IMG/VR virus record: IMGVR_UViG_3300032318_002198
DNA length: 64,000 nt
Strand: one strand, 5' to 3'
Source of the DNA: a virus
Taxonomy: Duplodnaviria > Heunggongvirae > Uroviricota > Caudoviricetes
Shown: piece by piece, positions 26,374-35,329 of the stretch
How the letters are laid out: each line of letters opens with the position of its first letter
How positions within the stretch are numbered: the stretch's first letter is position 1
Translations under genes and position numbers: made by a program
The notes under the pieces: model-generated
Told to the model about the DNA's origin: nothing
What the model saw: only the letters and a program-made list of their open reading frames with translations
The model's database searches: none

Positions 26374-26766
26374 ATGAATTTACACAACCAACTACCTCAG
26401 TTAGATGAACTAGAAGAACTAGATACTATAAATGTTCCATGGACTAATCCGGTTAGCCAAGATATACATGTTGTTGTTTATAGAGACGGATTTCCTGTAA
26501 CACCAGGGCATTTGTTATTTGTACCTAGATATAATACACCCGAGGTATTGCAAGATGCCTTCTATGATGCGTATAATAAAGGTATGGCAATGATGGCTAA
26601 CGGCGAATGCGACGGCTTTAACATCGGGCTGAATATCGGAACAGCAGCAGGTCAAACTGTTATGTATCCTCATATTCACCTCATACCGAGATATAAAGGT
26701 GATGTTGAGGATCCAACTGGCGGCATTCGAAATGTTATACCCGGAAAAGGAAATTATAGGAAATAA
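26374..26766 (+). CDS. HIT-family nucleotide hydrolase
   Basis: FPVTPGHLLFVP, GFNIGLNIG.AAGQTVMYPHIHLIPR (first His of the triad replaced by Tyr). Confidence 0.9.
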   Translation: MNLHNQLPQLDELEELDTINVPWTNPVSQDIHVVVYRDGFPVTPGHLLFVPRYNTPEVLQDAFYDAYNKGMAMMANGECDGFNIGLNIGTAAGQTVMYPHIHLIPRYKGDVEDPTGGIRNVIPGKGNYRK

Positions 26767-26772
26767 TTGTTT

Positions 26773-26810
26773 CCTTCGCCTTGAACTAAATATAGTGTAC
26801 AAGGTGAGGG
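26773..26810 (+). promoter_or_regulatory. RBS-sequestering hairpin with late promoter (ACTAAATA) in its loop
   Basis: CCTTCGCCTTG pairs with CAAGGTGAGGG (11 bp including 2 G-U); the right arm is the SD of the HNH gene. Confidence 0.75.
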
Positions 26811-26815
26811 TCAAA

Positions 26816-28141
26816 ATGAATAAGCACTACAAAAATCGATACGATAAATTTATTCACTATTTAAAAAATAACACAAATAGAACTATTCAAGGTTATACCG
26901 AAATACATCATATTCAGCCTAGATGTCTCAAAGGATCAAATTTACCTAGCAATTTAATTGAATTATCATTAAGAGAACACTTTTTAGCACATTGGTTATT
27001 ATGGAAAGCATATCCAAACTATTTGCCTTTGGCTAGTGCGTTCTTACAAATGAACCACAAAAATCCAAAACTAAAAGAATTTCAGGGAAGAATTTCAAGC
27101 CGTACATACGAAAAATTAAAAACTGAAACCTATAAAATGATCGGTGAACTTAATACCGACAAGGTCAATGTTCGCGACGCCAATGGACAAAAATTAAGAA
27201 TTTCTAAAGAAGATTATAAAAATAGCAATTATAAATTTCATACAACAGGTAAAATTTATGTATTAGACACATTTAGTGATAAATGGGTATATATAGAATC
27301 AAAAGAATATCAAGAAAATAAAGATAGATATAAGAGTAGAATGAGCCTAGAGGGATTTCCAAGACCAGGCAATCCGAGTCCTATAGGAAATAGTAATGCT
27401 GCTATAGACGTTAACTTTTGTAAATATCATTTTTTAGACCAAGAATCTCAAGAAATATTTAAAATTACTAAAACTCAAGCAAGAGAACGTAATAAAGAAT
27501 ATGGATATAAAAGACTAAAACAACTCCAAAAGAAAAAAGTTAAATGTATTGACGATCTAGGTAATATTGTTTATATATCTTTAAATGACTATGATCCAAA
27601 TATTCACAACCATTACTCTAAAAATACCGTTAATGTTTTCGATCTAGAACACCAATGTCAAACAATTATTTCCTGTGAAGAATATTATCTAAATAAGAAT
27701 AGGTATTTGACATCGACTAAAGGAAAGGTATTGGCCAAGGACCTCTTAGGTAATCAATTTTTGATTAAACAAGATGAATTTAAATCCGGTGGATATGTGG
27801 GACAAACAAAAGGATTGAGAACCGTACTAAACAAAGAAACCGGTATATATCAACAGATAGATCAAGACGAATATCAAAAAAATAAAGAAAAATATATCGG
27901 ACCAAATCAAGGTAAAGTTAATGTCATAAACAAATTTACAGGAGAAAGAAAACAAATACCTAAATCTGATTTTGATAAAGACATCTATTGTGGTTTGGGT
28001 AATAAAAAATATTTGTTCTTATGCAGAAATAAGTTGACATTAAAAGAAAAATATATTAATATATACGAATGGAATTTAGTCAAAGACCAATATGAAATCA
28101 TAGATCAAAATAAATTCAAAACCATTTTAGATTTTATCTAA
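26816..28141 (+). mobile_element. Free-standing HNH homing endonuclease with a repeat-rich C-terminus
   Basis: EIHHIQPRCLKGSNLPSNLIELSLREHFLAH; start placed at ATG 26816. Confidence 0.85.
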
Positions 28142-28169
28142 AAACAAATTAACTTAAAAAGGAAAAATT

Positions 28170-29055
28170 ATGCTATCCAAGATCAAGATCTCGGAATTTT
28201 TTTTTTTTTTTTTTTAGTATTCAAGGAGAAGGTAGATACATGGGGGTTCCAAGTATCTTTTTAAGAACCTTTGGTTGTAATTTTCGTTGTAAAAACTTCG
28301 GAAGATATGAAAAAGATATTCTAGGAATCGAACAAACATACAACCCAGAAGTTGTTCAAATTATTAATAATTTAGATCAATATAAGTCGTATAATGATTT
28401 ACCACTAGTTAGTACCGGTTGTGACTCGTACGCCGCGGTTTATTCAGAATTTAAAAATCTTTCTCCAATGTACGATAGTGACACATTAGCTAAATCAATC
28501 ATCGAGCTCCTTCCACACAAAGAATGGAAAGAAGAACATCTTGTAATTACCGGAGGTGAACCATTGCTAGGTTGGCAACGTGCATATCCTGCATTGTTGG
28601 ATCATCCTAAAATGATTTCTCTAAAAGAACTAACGTTTGAAACAAATGGTACACAAAAAATAACTCCGGAATTTAGTGATTATTTGTATCACTGGGGTAT
28701 TGAAACTCGCGGTTGGGGAGCATTAACATTCAGTGTTAGTGCCAAATTAAGTGTCAGCGGAGAAAAGAGAGAAGAAGCAATCCTTCCGGAAGTAATTTGC
28801 CAATATGAACAATTAGGATATACTTATTTAAAATTTGTTGTTGCAACAGACGAAGATGCTAACGAAGCATTGGAAGTTACTCAATTATATCGAAATGCCG
28901 GTTTTAAAGGTCCTGTATACCTAATGCCAGTAGGTGGTGTTGAAAATGTGTATAAGTTAAATAACCGTCGTGTCGCCGAACTTGCAATGAAACATGGTTT
29001 AAGATACAGCGATAGACTTCAAGTTCCGCTTTTCAAGAACGCTTGGGGAACATAA
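28170..29055 (+). CDS. queE: QueE-like radical SAM 7-carboxy-7-deazaguanine synthase, frameshifted at a poly-T tract as assembled
   Basis: ATG 28170 (AAGGA RBS) reads MLSKIKISE, then T19, then SIQGEGRYMGVPSIFLRTFGCNFRC...GCDS, ITGGEP and ETNGT in the +1 frame. Confidence 0.85.
28197..28215 (+). repeat. T19 homopolymer
   Basis: 19 consecutive T; the longest homopolymer noticed in the window. Confidence 0.95.
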
Positions 29056-29056
29056 G

Positions 29057-30007
29057 TTGAGAATCGTTTTTAATTTAATGAATCATTTTAATCCCATGTC
29101 AGGGGGATTAAACGTTGTCATAAATGCTATGCATCACTTGAAGGAAGAAAACTTCGAAGTATGCATATATTACTATGCATACGAACAACAAGAATCTATA
29201 CACCTTGGACTCGAAAAAAATTTTAAGAGATTAACATTAGATGAATTGAATCCGTTTACTGACATTGTAGTTGTTGCTGAAGAATTTATTTGGATAGCTC
29301 ACGATTTCTTAAAACCAAGAGGAATCAAATATATAATCTTTAACCAAGGAATATCTGCTTGCCTATATTCCCATAATCCATACTCTGAACATAAAACAAC
29401 CTATCATGAGGCAACTAGCATTCTTGTAAATTCATTACATACTGCTCGTGGCGTGGAAAAGTTATTTGATGTTCCTGCTAACAAAATCTTTATGCATAGA
29501 ATGGGCATCGATCCATCTATGTATTATCCAGAACCTAAAGAATATATTGCATCGTGTTTAGCATATAAAAACGGAAACTTTGTTAGGTTTATAGAACATT
29601 ATTTCAAAGACAAGTATCCGGATTGGCGTTTTGAAGTCATTAATTTATTGCCTAGACACGAAACTGCTGCAATATTTAGAAAATCAAAATTATTCTTGGC
29701 ATTTGGCGGGCCTGAAGGATTTGGCCTACCTCCACTAGAGGCAGCATTGTGTGGTTGTAAAGTAATAGGATTTACCGGAGGGGGTGGGGAAGAATATTTC
29801 AAATCTCCTATATTTACTGCTGTAAATTTCATGGATCATATTGATTTTGTGGAGAAATTAGATACTGTTATAAAAACAATAAATGTATCTTATTTAGAAG
29901 ATCAAGAATATATAACATATTTGCGAAATCACTATAGTAAAGAACAATCAAAAGACAGTATTGTAAGATTTTTTTCGTACATAAAAGAAAACTTTTTTAA
30001 TATATAA
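29057..30007 (+). CDS. Second GT-B (GT4-like) glycosyltransferase
   Basis: PMSGGLNV N-terminal loop; GPEGFGLPPLEAALCG (E-x7-E); TTG start 1 nt after the queE stop. Confidence 0.85.
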   Translation: MRIVFNLMNHFNPMSGGLNVVINAMHHLKEENFEVCIYYYAYEQQESIHLGLEKNFKRLTLDELNPFTDIVVVAEEFIWIAHDFLKPRGIKYIIFNQGISACLYSHNPYSEHKTTYHEATSILVNSLHTARGVEKLFDVPANKIFMHRMGIDPSMYYPEPKEYIASCLAYKNGNFVRFIEHYFKDKYPDWRFEVINLLPRHETAAIFRKSKLFLAFGGPEGFGLPPLEAALCGCKVIGFTGGGGEEYFKSPIFTAVNFMDHIDFVEKLDTVIKTINVSYLEDQEYITYLRNHYSKEQSKDSIVRFFSYIKENFFNI

Positions 30008-30009
30008 TT

Positions 30010-30459
30010 ATGATATCAAAATACATAAAAAAATGGGCAGGCCTTGATAAAATAGAAGCAGAAGTAGCATCTGCTACTCAAAAAAGAATCGAAGCTGAAA
30101 TGGCTGCATCTGAAGCATTAAAGGCCGCCGAGGCTGCTAAAGAGGAAGAAAGAAAATCAAAGTTAAGCCCAAAAGAATTAGCAACTGAACGAAAAGAACC
30201 TTGGGTAGGAGTATTAACCACTCACGTGAATAAAAACAACATTAGGAATGGGTTTTTTGAGCTTGACTGGAACGAATACTTTGTGCTAGAATTGCGCAAT
30301 GCTGGATATCTCGGCGAAACCGAAGAACAAGTTGTTGATTCTTGGTTTTGTGAACTATGTAAAACACTCGGAACCGAATCTGGGCTAGATATGGATAAAA
30401 GAGGAAGCGGCTTTGTAAACAGAGCACTTCGCGAAGATGGACGTACCGAAATAGGTTAA
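30010..30459 (+). CDS. Hypothetical protein
   Basis: Coiled-coil N-half; GFFELDWNEYF motif. Confidence 0.8.
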   Translation: MISKYIKKWAGLDKIEAEVASATQKRIEAEMAASEALKAAEAAKEEERKSKLSPKELATERKEPWVGVLTTHVNKNNIRNGFFELDWNEYFVLELRNAGYLGETEEQVVDSWFCELCKTLGTESGLDMDKRGSGFVNRALREDGRTEIG

Positions 30460-30471
30460 CTATTAAAAACC

Positions 30472-31464
30472 ATGAATAGAACTTATCTGTTGATTGACAC
30501 TGCAAATACTTTCCACCGTGCTCATCACACTATTAGAGGTAGCACAGAGGATAAAGTAGGCCTTAGTCTACATACAATTCTTTCGAGCATTAGAAAAGCA
30601 TGGCGTGATTTCAAAGGTGATCATGTTGTTTTTGCACTCGAAGGACGCAGTTGGAGAAAAGATTTTTATCCCCCGTATAAGAGAAATCGTTCAGAGACTC
30701 GCGCTGCACTATCACCTAGAGAAGCCGAAGACGAAAAAGTTCTCTGGGAAACATTTGACGAATTTAAAGATTTTATTGTTAATAAAACAAATTCCACAAT
30801 ACTACATCACCCTCAACTCGAAGCAGATGATTTAATCGGTGGATGGATTCAAAATCATCCCAACGATAATCATGTAATCATTAGCACCGATGGCGACTTT
30901 GCACAATTAATTTCTACCAACGTAAAACAATATAACGGTGTTACTGGCGTTACTACAACCCACGAGGGTTATTTTGACGAAAAAGGAAAATCCGTAGTTG
31001 ATAAGAAAACAAATAAAATAAAGGGTGCTCCGGATCCTGAATGGTTATTGTTTCTAAAATGCATGCGAGGTGACAAAAGCGACAATGTTTTTAGTGCTTA
31101 TCCAAACGTAAGAGAAAAAGGTACTAAAAATAAAGTAGGATTGCTAGAAGCATATGCTGATCGAAATACCAAAGGTTATAATTGGAACAACGTAATGTTA
31201 CAACGTTGGGTCGATCATAATGGTGATTCACATCGTGTTATGGACGATTATCATCGTAATGTAACTCTGTGCGATCTTTCTGCTCAGCCATCCGATATTA
31301 GAGAATTGATCAATAGCACTGTTCTCGATGAGAGCCACAAAAACAAAAACACTTCTCAAGTAGGTATTAGATTGTTGAAATTTTGTTCAACCTATAGTTT
31401 GGATAAAATTAGTCAACAAATCGATAGTTATGCACAGCCGCTAAATGCAAGATATACTCCATGA
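30472..31464 (+). CDS. rnh: T4 RNase H-like 5'-3' exonuclease
   Basis: LIDTAN, EGRSWRK..Y..YKRNR, LEADD, STDGDF, RGDKSDN. Confidence 0.9.
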   Translation: MNRTYLLIDTANTFHRAHHTIRGSTEDKVGLSLHTILSSIRKAWRDFKGDHVVFALEGRSWRKDFYPPYKRNRSETRAALSPREAEDEKVLWETFDEFKDFIVNKTNSTILHHPQLEADDLIGGWIQNHPNDNHVIISTDGDFAQLISTNVKQYNGVTGVTTTHEGYFDEKGKSVVDKKTNKIKGAPDPEWLLFLKCMRGDKSDNVFSAYPNVREKGTKNKVGLLEAYADRNTKGYNWNNVMLQRWVDHNGDSHRVMDDYHRNVTLCDLSAQPSDIRELINSTVLDESHKNKNTSQVGIRLLKFCSTYSLDKISQQIDSYAQPLNARYTP

Positions 31465-31937
31465 ATACAGAAGCAAAAATATTAATTCCAAATAAAGAAT
31501 GGATTCTCACATCCGATAATGTAAAACTCGGATCTGTGGCTAAAAACAAGAAAGGTTTTTCCTTTCTTAAACAAGGAAAAAAAGTTAACTTTCGAGGTTT
31601 AGATGACATCGAAAAACAGATCGGAATCAAAATTCCTTCGATTGAACCAACTACTTCCATTGAAATAGCTGATGCAGAATACAAAATATATGATTTTCCA
31701 TGCGGACGAAAACCATATAATCCTGTTTTCAATATAAAAAAGAAACTTCCATTGTTTTATGTTTCACCTAAAAGCAAAAGTCAAATATGTGCAGGGCACT
31801 ATATAATCAAGTTTAACAAACGTTGGGTAAAAAGTTTTTGTCCAAAGTTGATTACTCTTGACCGATATTCGTATCATGGCCCATTTAAAACCGAGGCAGA
31901 AGTAAAACAATTACTGCATGAACTGAACAAAGTATGA
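31461..31937 (+). CDS. Hypothetical protein
   Basis: ATGA-coupled ORF, 158 aa. Confidence 0.75.
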   Translation: MNTEAKILIPNKEWILTSDNVKLGSVAKNKKGFSFLKQGKKVNFRGLDDIEKQIGIKIPSIEPTTSIEIADAEYKIYDFPCGRKPYNPVFNIKKKLPLFYVSPKSKSQICAGHYIIKFNKRWVKSFCPKLITLDRYSYHGPFKTEAEVKQLLHELNKV

Positions 31938-32152
31938 AAACTATAAACACGCTTCCTATATTAGACTTTTTAGAAAAAGCAAGGGTTGCTATAAAAACTA
32001 ATCAAAAAAATCTAACTTTGACAATAAAAGAAGTAACAGATTTACAAAATAGTATCAGTGTAGCAATGACTGCATTAAGCGGGAAACTTTCTGAAGAACC
32101 ATCAAAATCTGAAAATAACATTACTGTTAAAATCAACGGAGGCCAATTTTAA
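31934..32152 (+). CDS. Hypothetical protein
   Basis: ATGA-coupled ORF, 72 aa. Confidence 0.7.
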   Translation: MKTINTLPILDFLEKARVAIKTNQKNLTLTIKEVTDLQNSISVAMTALSGKLSEEPSKSENNITVKINGGQF

Positions 32153-32183
32153 TAAATATATACATAATTGGAGAATGTATATA
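32151..32183 (+). promoter_or_regulatory. Late box (AATAAATA) overlapping a 9-bp hairpin around the RBS
   Basis: TATATACAT-AATTGGAGA-ATGTATATA immediately before ATG 32185. Confidence 0.6.
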
Positions 32184-32184
32184 A

Positions 32185-32484
32185 ATGAGTCGTCCGAAGC
32201 CTAATGTATTGTTAGAGATAACAGATAAAAAAACTTACAATATTGATCAAGTATTAGAATCAGATGCTATATGGGCTGTTTTTTACAAAGGCAAACCCAT
32301 CAATTTAAAAATGTTAAATTATGCATCTCCGATACAAAGTCCAAAATACAAGAAAATTTCATTTTCTAATTCCGGACATGCGTTCAATTTAGCTGAAAAA
32401 TTGAACAAAAAATTCAACAGTAAAGACTTTGCTGTTTTCAAATTAACCTCGGGAGAGTGTTTTCTTGAAGAACCAAAAAATTAA
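32185..32484 (+). CDS. Hypothetical protein
   Basis: GGAG RBS; MSRPKP N-terminus. Confidence 0.8.
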   Translation: MSRPKPNVLLEITDKKTYNIDQVLESDAIWAVFYKGKPINLKMLNYASPIQSPKYKKISFSNSGHAFNLAEKLNKKFNSKDFAVFKLTSGECFLEEPKN

Positions 32485-32851
32485 AATCGCAGAATATGTC
32501 CTATCTCAGATGGGGATCCCTCAAGATGAGAAAAATATCAAAAAAACTATCCATGACTCTTGGCAGAATAAACGTCTCAAAGAGCAAGGAGGGTTGGGAT
32601 TGACTGAGATGGGCTTTGATCTCATGGTCAAAGCCGGGTTTAAGAGTTATCGAATAAAACTAGATGAACCGTTGATTTACGACAATCAACTTATTTTAGG
32701 GTTAGATCATTATATCAATTCGCCTTACTATCTCACAAAAAAAGAAATTTATGTATTCAATGAGACAACTGCAATACAATTGATATTATTTCATGGCAAC
32801 GTAAAAAAATTCATTGACGCAAAGATAAAAAATAAAATGCTGATTGACTAA
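32465..32851 (+). CDS. Hypothetical protein
   Basis: 128-aa ORF overlapping the previous stop; start uncertain. Confidence 0.7.
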   Translation: MKNQKIKIAEYVLSQMGIPQDEKNIKKTIHDSWQNKRLKEQGGLGLTEMGFDLMVKAGFKSYRIKLDEPLIYDNQLILGLDHYINSPYYLTKKEIYVFNETTAIQLILFHGNVKKFIDAKIKNKMLID

Positions 32852-32872
32852 AATAGTAGATTTTTGTACAAT
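32844..32872 (+). promoter_or_regulatory. sigma70-type promoter
   Basis: TTGACT, 17 nt, TACAAT upstream of 32925. Confidence 0.7.
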
Positions 32873-32924
32873 AATAGTATACAATGCAATAGTGCAACGT
32901 AGAACTTAATTAGGAAAGAAAATT

Positions 32925-34007
32925 ATGTCAAACAGTGTTTCTACATCTCGTACCGTTAGCCCGAATGAGGCAAAAACGGCCATTCGTAAATGCATGAAGA
33001 AAAATCGTCCAGTATTCATGTGGGGTCCTCCAGGTATCGGTAAAAGCGATATTGTTAAACAACTTGGCGAAGAACAAGAACGCCGTGTTATTGACGTTCG
33101 TTTGAGTCTGTGGGAACCTACTGACATCAAGGGCATTCCGTTCTATAATGCTAGCAAGGGTTCAATGGAATGGGCTCCTCCTATGGAATTTCCGTCTGAT
33201 CCCGATGACAACAGTATTCTGTTCCTTGACGAACTGAATTCTGCTGCACCTGCTACCCAGGCCGCTGCATATCAATTGATTTTGAATCGCAGAGTTGGTG
33301 CATATCAACTTCCTAAGAACGTTAGCATTGTTGCTGCCGGTAACAGAGAAAGCGACAAAGGCGTAACTTATCGTATGCCTGCTCCGTTGGCAAATCGTTT
33401 CCTACACCTTGAACTTCGTGTCGATTATGACGACTGGCATTCATGGGCTGTTAAAAACAGAGTCCACGAGCAAGTCGTCGGTTATTGCGGATTTGCCAAA
33501 CAAGATCTGTACGACTTTGATCCAAGAAGCGCGAGCAAGAGTTTTGCTACTCCTCGTTCATGGAGCTTCGTTAGCGAATTGCTCGACGACGATGATGTTA
33601 GCGAAAGCACGTTGACCGACTTGGTTTCTGGTGCAGTCGGCGAAGGAGTTGCTGTCAAGTTTATGGCTCACCGCAAAGTTGCAAAACAGATGCCTAAGCC
33701 AGAAGATATTCTTAGCGGCAAAATTACTAAGTGTGAGATTAAAGAAATCTCCGCTATGTATTCTTTGACTATTAGTCTCTGTTACGAACTACAAGAAGCA
33801 GATCGTAAAAAGGTTAAAAACTGGGATAGTATGGCTGATTATTTCTTTGGATTTATGATCGACAATTTCCCTACAGAAATTGTTGTCATGGGTGCAAAGA
33901 CTGCATTAACTAACTACGAACTGCCGTTCGATGCATCTAAGTTGAAGAACTTCGATCGATTCCACGACAAGTACGGCAAGTACATTATCTCTGCTATGGA
34001 GAGATAA
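32925..34007 (+). CDS. MoxR-type AAA+ ATPase
   Basis: WGPPGIGKS, LFLDELN, AAGNR, PAPLANRF, TPRSW. Confidence 0.9.
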   Translation: MSNSVSTSRTVSPNEAKTAIRKCMKKNRPVFMWGPPGIGKSDIVKQLGEEQERRVIDVRLSLWEPTDIKGIPFYNASKGSMEWAPPMEFPSDPDDNSILFLDELNSAAPATQAAAYQLILNRRVGAYQLPKNVSIVAAGNRESDKGVTYRMPAPLANRFLHLELRVDYDDWHSWAVKNRVHEQVVGYCGFAKQDLYDFDPRSASKSFATPRSWSFVSELLDDDDVSESTLTDLVSGAVGEGVAVKFMAHRKVAKQMPKPEDILSGKITKCEIKEISAMYSLTISLCYELQEADRKKVKNWDSMADYFFGFMIDNFPTEIVVMGAKTALTNYELPFDASKLKNFDRFHDKYGKYIISAMER

Positions 34008-34031
34008 AAATGGCCCGAAAGGGCCATTTTT
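34006..34031 (+). terminator. Intrinsic terminator with GAAA tetraloop
   Basis: AAAAATGGCCC-GAAA-GGGCCATTTTT. Confidence 0.85.
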
Positions 34032-34068
34032 GAGTGTATAATTTAATGTGTCACAAAGGAGATTTAAC

Positions 34069-35328
34069 ATGTCTGTTATGAAACAAGAAAAATCCAAAAA
34101 GAATGATTGGATGGATAAGACTTTTACTGCGGCAGAAAAAGAAAAGATTGTCGATAAACTCGTTACTGCAAGAGTAGGACTGTTGCTCCGACACCCTTTC
34201 TTTGGCAATATGGCTACTCGACTAAAGTTGGTCGATGCATCAGAATGGTGCGGCACACTTGCTACAGATGGCCGTAACTTTTATTACAATAACGGTTTTG
34301 TCAACAAACTTACTGCTAAGGAATGTGAGTTTGGTTTTGCTCACGAAGTTCTACATAATGTATTTGATCACATGGGTAGACGCGAAGGCCGCGATCCACA
34401 ATTGAGTAACATTGCTGCTGACTATGCAGTTAATCAAATTCTCAAAGATGAAAAAATCGGTAGTATTCCAACTTTTATCAATATTTTCTTGAGTGACAAA
34501 TATCGTAGCAAAAGTTACGAAGAAATCTATCAAGAACTATATGACAAAGCAGATAAAATTGATGTGAGTGGGTTAGGTGAATTACTCGACGAACACCTTG
34601 ATGACAGCGACGACGGCAATAACGGCAACGGAGATGGTGACACACCAGGAGAAGGTAAACGTCCTACAATTAGTGCAGAAGAGCGAAAGAAAATTCGCGA
34701 CGAAATCAAAGAGGCAATGATTGCTGCTGCGCAAAGTGCAGGTGCAGGTAAAGTACCAGCCGGTGTTAAAAGAATGATTACCGACTTGACTGAGCCTAAA
34801 ATGGATTGGCGCCAATTGCTACGAATGAATATTCAAAGTATTATGAAAAGCAATTTCAGTTTCAGTCGTCCTAATCGTAAAAGTCAACACAGCGGTGCTA
34901 TTTTGCCGGGCATGATGAACGAAGAAACTATTGATGTCAGTGTTGCTATTGATATGAGCGGTAGTATTTCCGATGATATGGCTAAAGATTTCGTCAGCGA
35001 AATCAAAGGTATCATGGACGAATATGTAGACTTTAACTTGGATTTGTGGTGCTTTGATACTGAAGTATACGGATATGCACGATTTACTGGCGACACGGCT
35101 TCTGATATTCTAGAATATCAATGTAAGGGCGGTGGCGGTACTGACTTTGACGCTAACTGGCAATACATGAAGAACGAAGATATTTTGCCTAAAAAGTTCA
35201 TTATGTTTACTGATGGATATCCGGGCGGATCCTGGGGAGACGAAGATTATTGTGATACATTGTTTGTTATTCACGGTAATGATTCTATTGTTCCTCCGTT
35301 TGGACAAGTTGCATATTACAAGAATTAA
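34069..35328 (+). CDS. HExxH metallopeptidase-like plus vWA (MIDAS) domain protein
   Basis: ATDG, AHEVLH, acidic/Gly linker, IDMSGS, GGGTDF, FTDG; AAGGAG RBS before ATG 34069. Confidence 0.85.
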   Translation: MSVMKQEKSKKNDWMDKTFTAAEKEKIVDKLVTARVGLLLRHPFFGNMATRLKLVDASEWCGTLATDGRNFYYNNGFVNKLTAKECEFGFAHEVLHNVFDHMGRREGRDPQLSNIAADYAVNQILKDEKIGSIPTFINIFLSDKYRSKSYEEIYQELYDKADKIDVSGLGELLDEHLDDSDDGNNGNGDGDTPGEGKRPTISAEERKKIRDEIKEAMIAAAQSAGAGKVPAGVKRMITDLTEPKMDWRQLLRMNIQSIMKSNFSFSRPNRKSQHSGAILPGMMNEETIDVSVAIDMSGSISDDMAKDFVSEIKGIMDEYVDFNLDLWCFDTEVYGYARFTGDTASDILEYQCKGGGGTDFDANWQYMKNEDILPKKFIMFTDGYPGGSWGDEDYCDTLFVIHGNDSIVPPFGQVAYYKN

Positions 35329-35329
35329 A

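Noticed and set aside
26699-26815. Upstream extension of the HNH ORF as given in the track (also 8638, 9042, 34048, 35213, 35536, 24166)
   Set aside because: These starts lie inside neighbouring genes or lack an RBS; downstream starts with SD or promoter context fit better.
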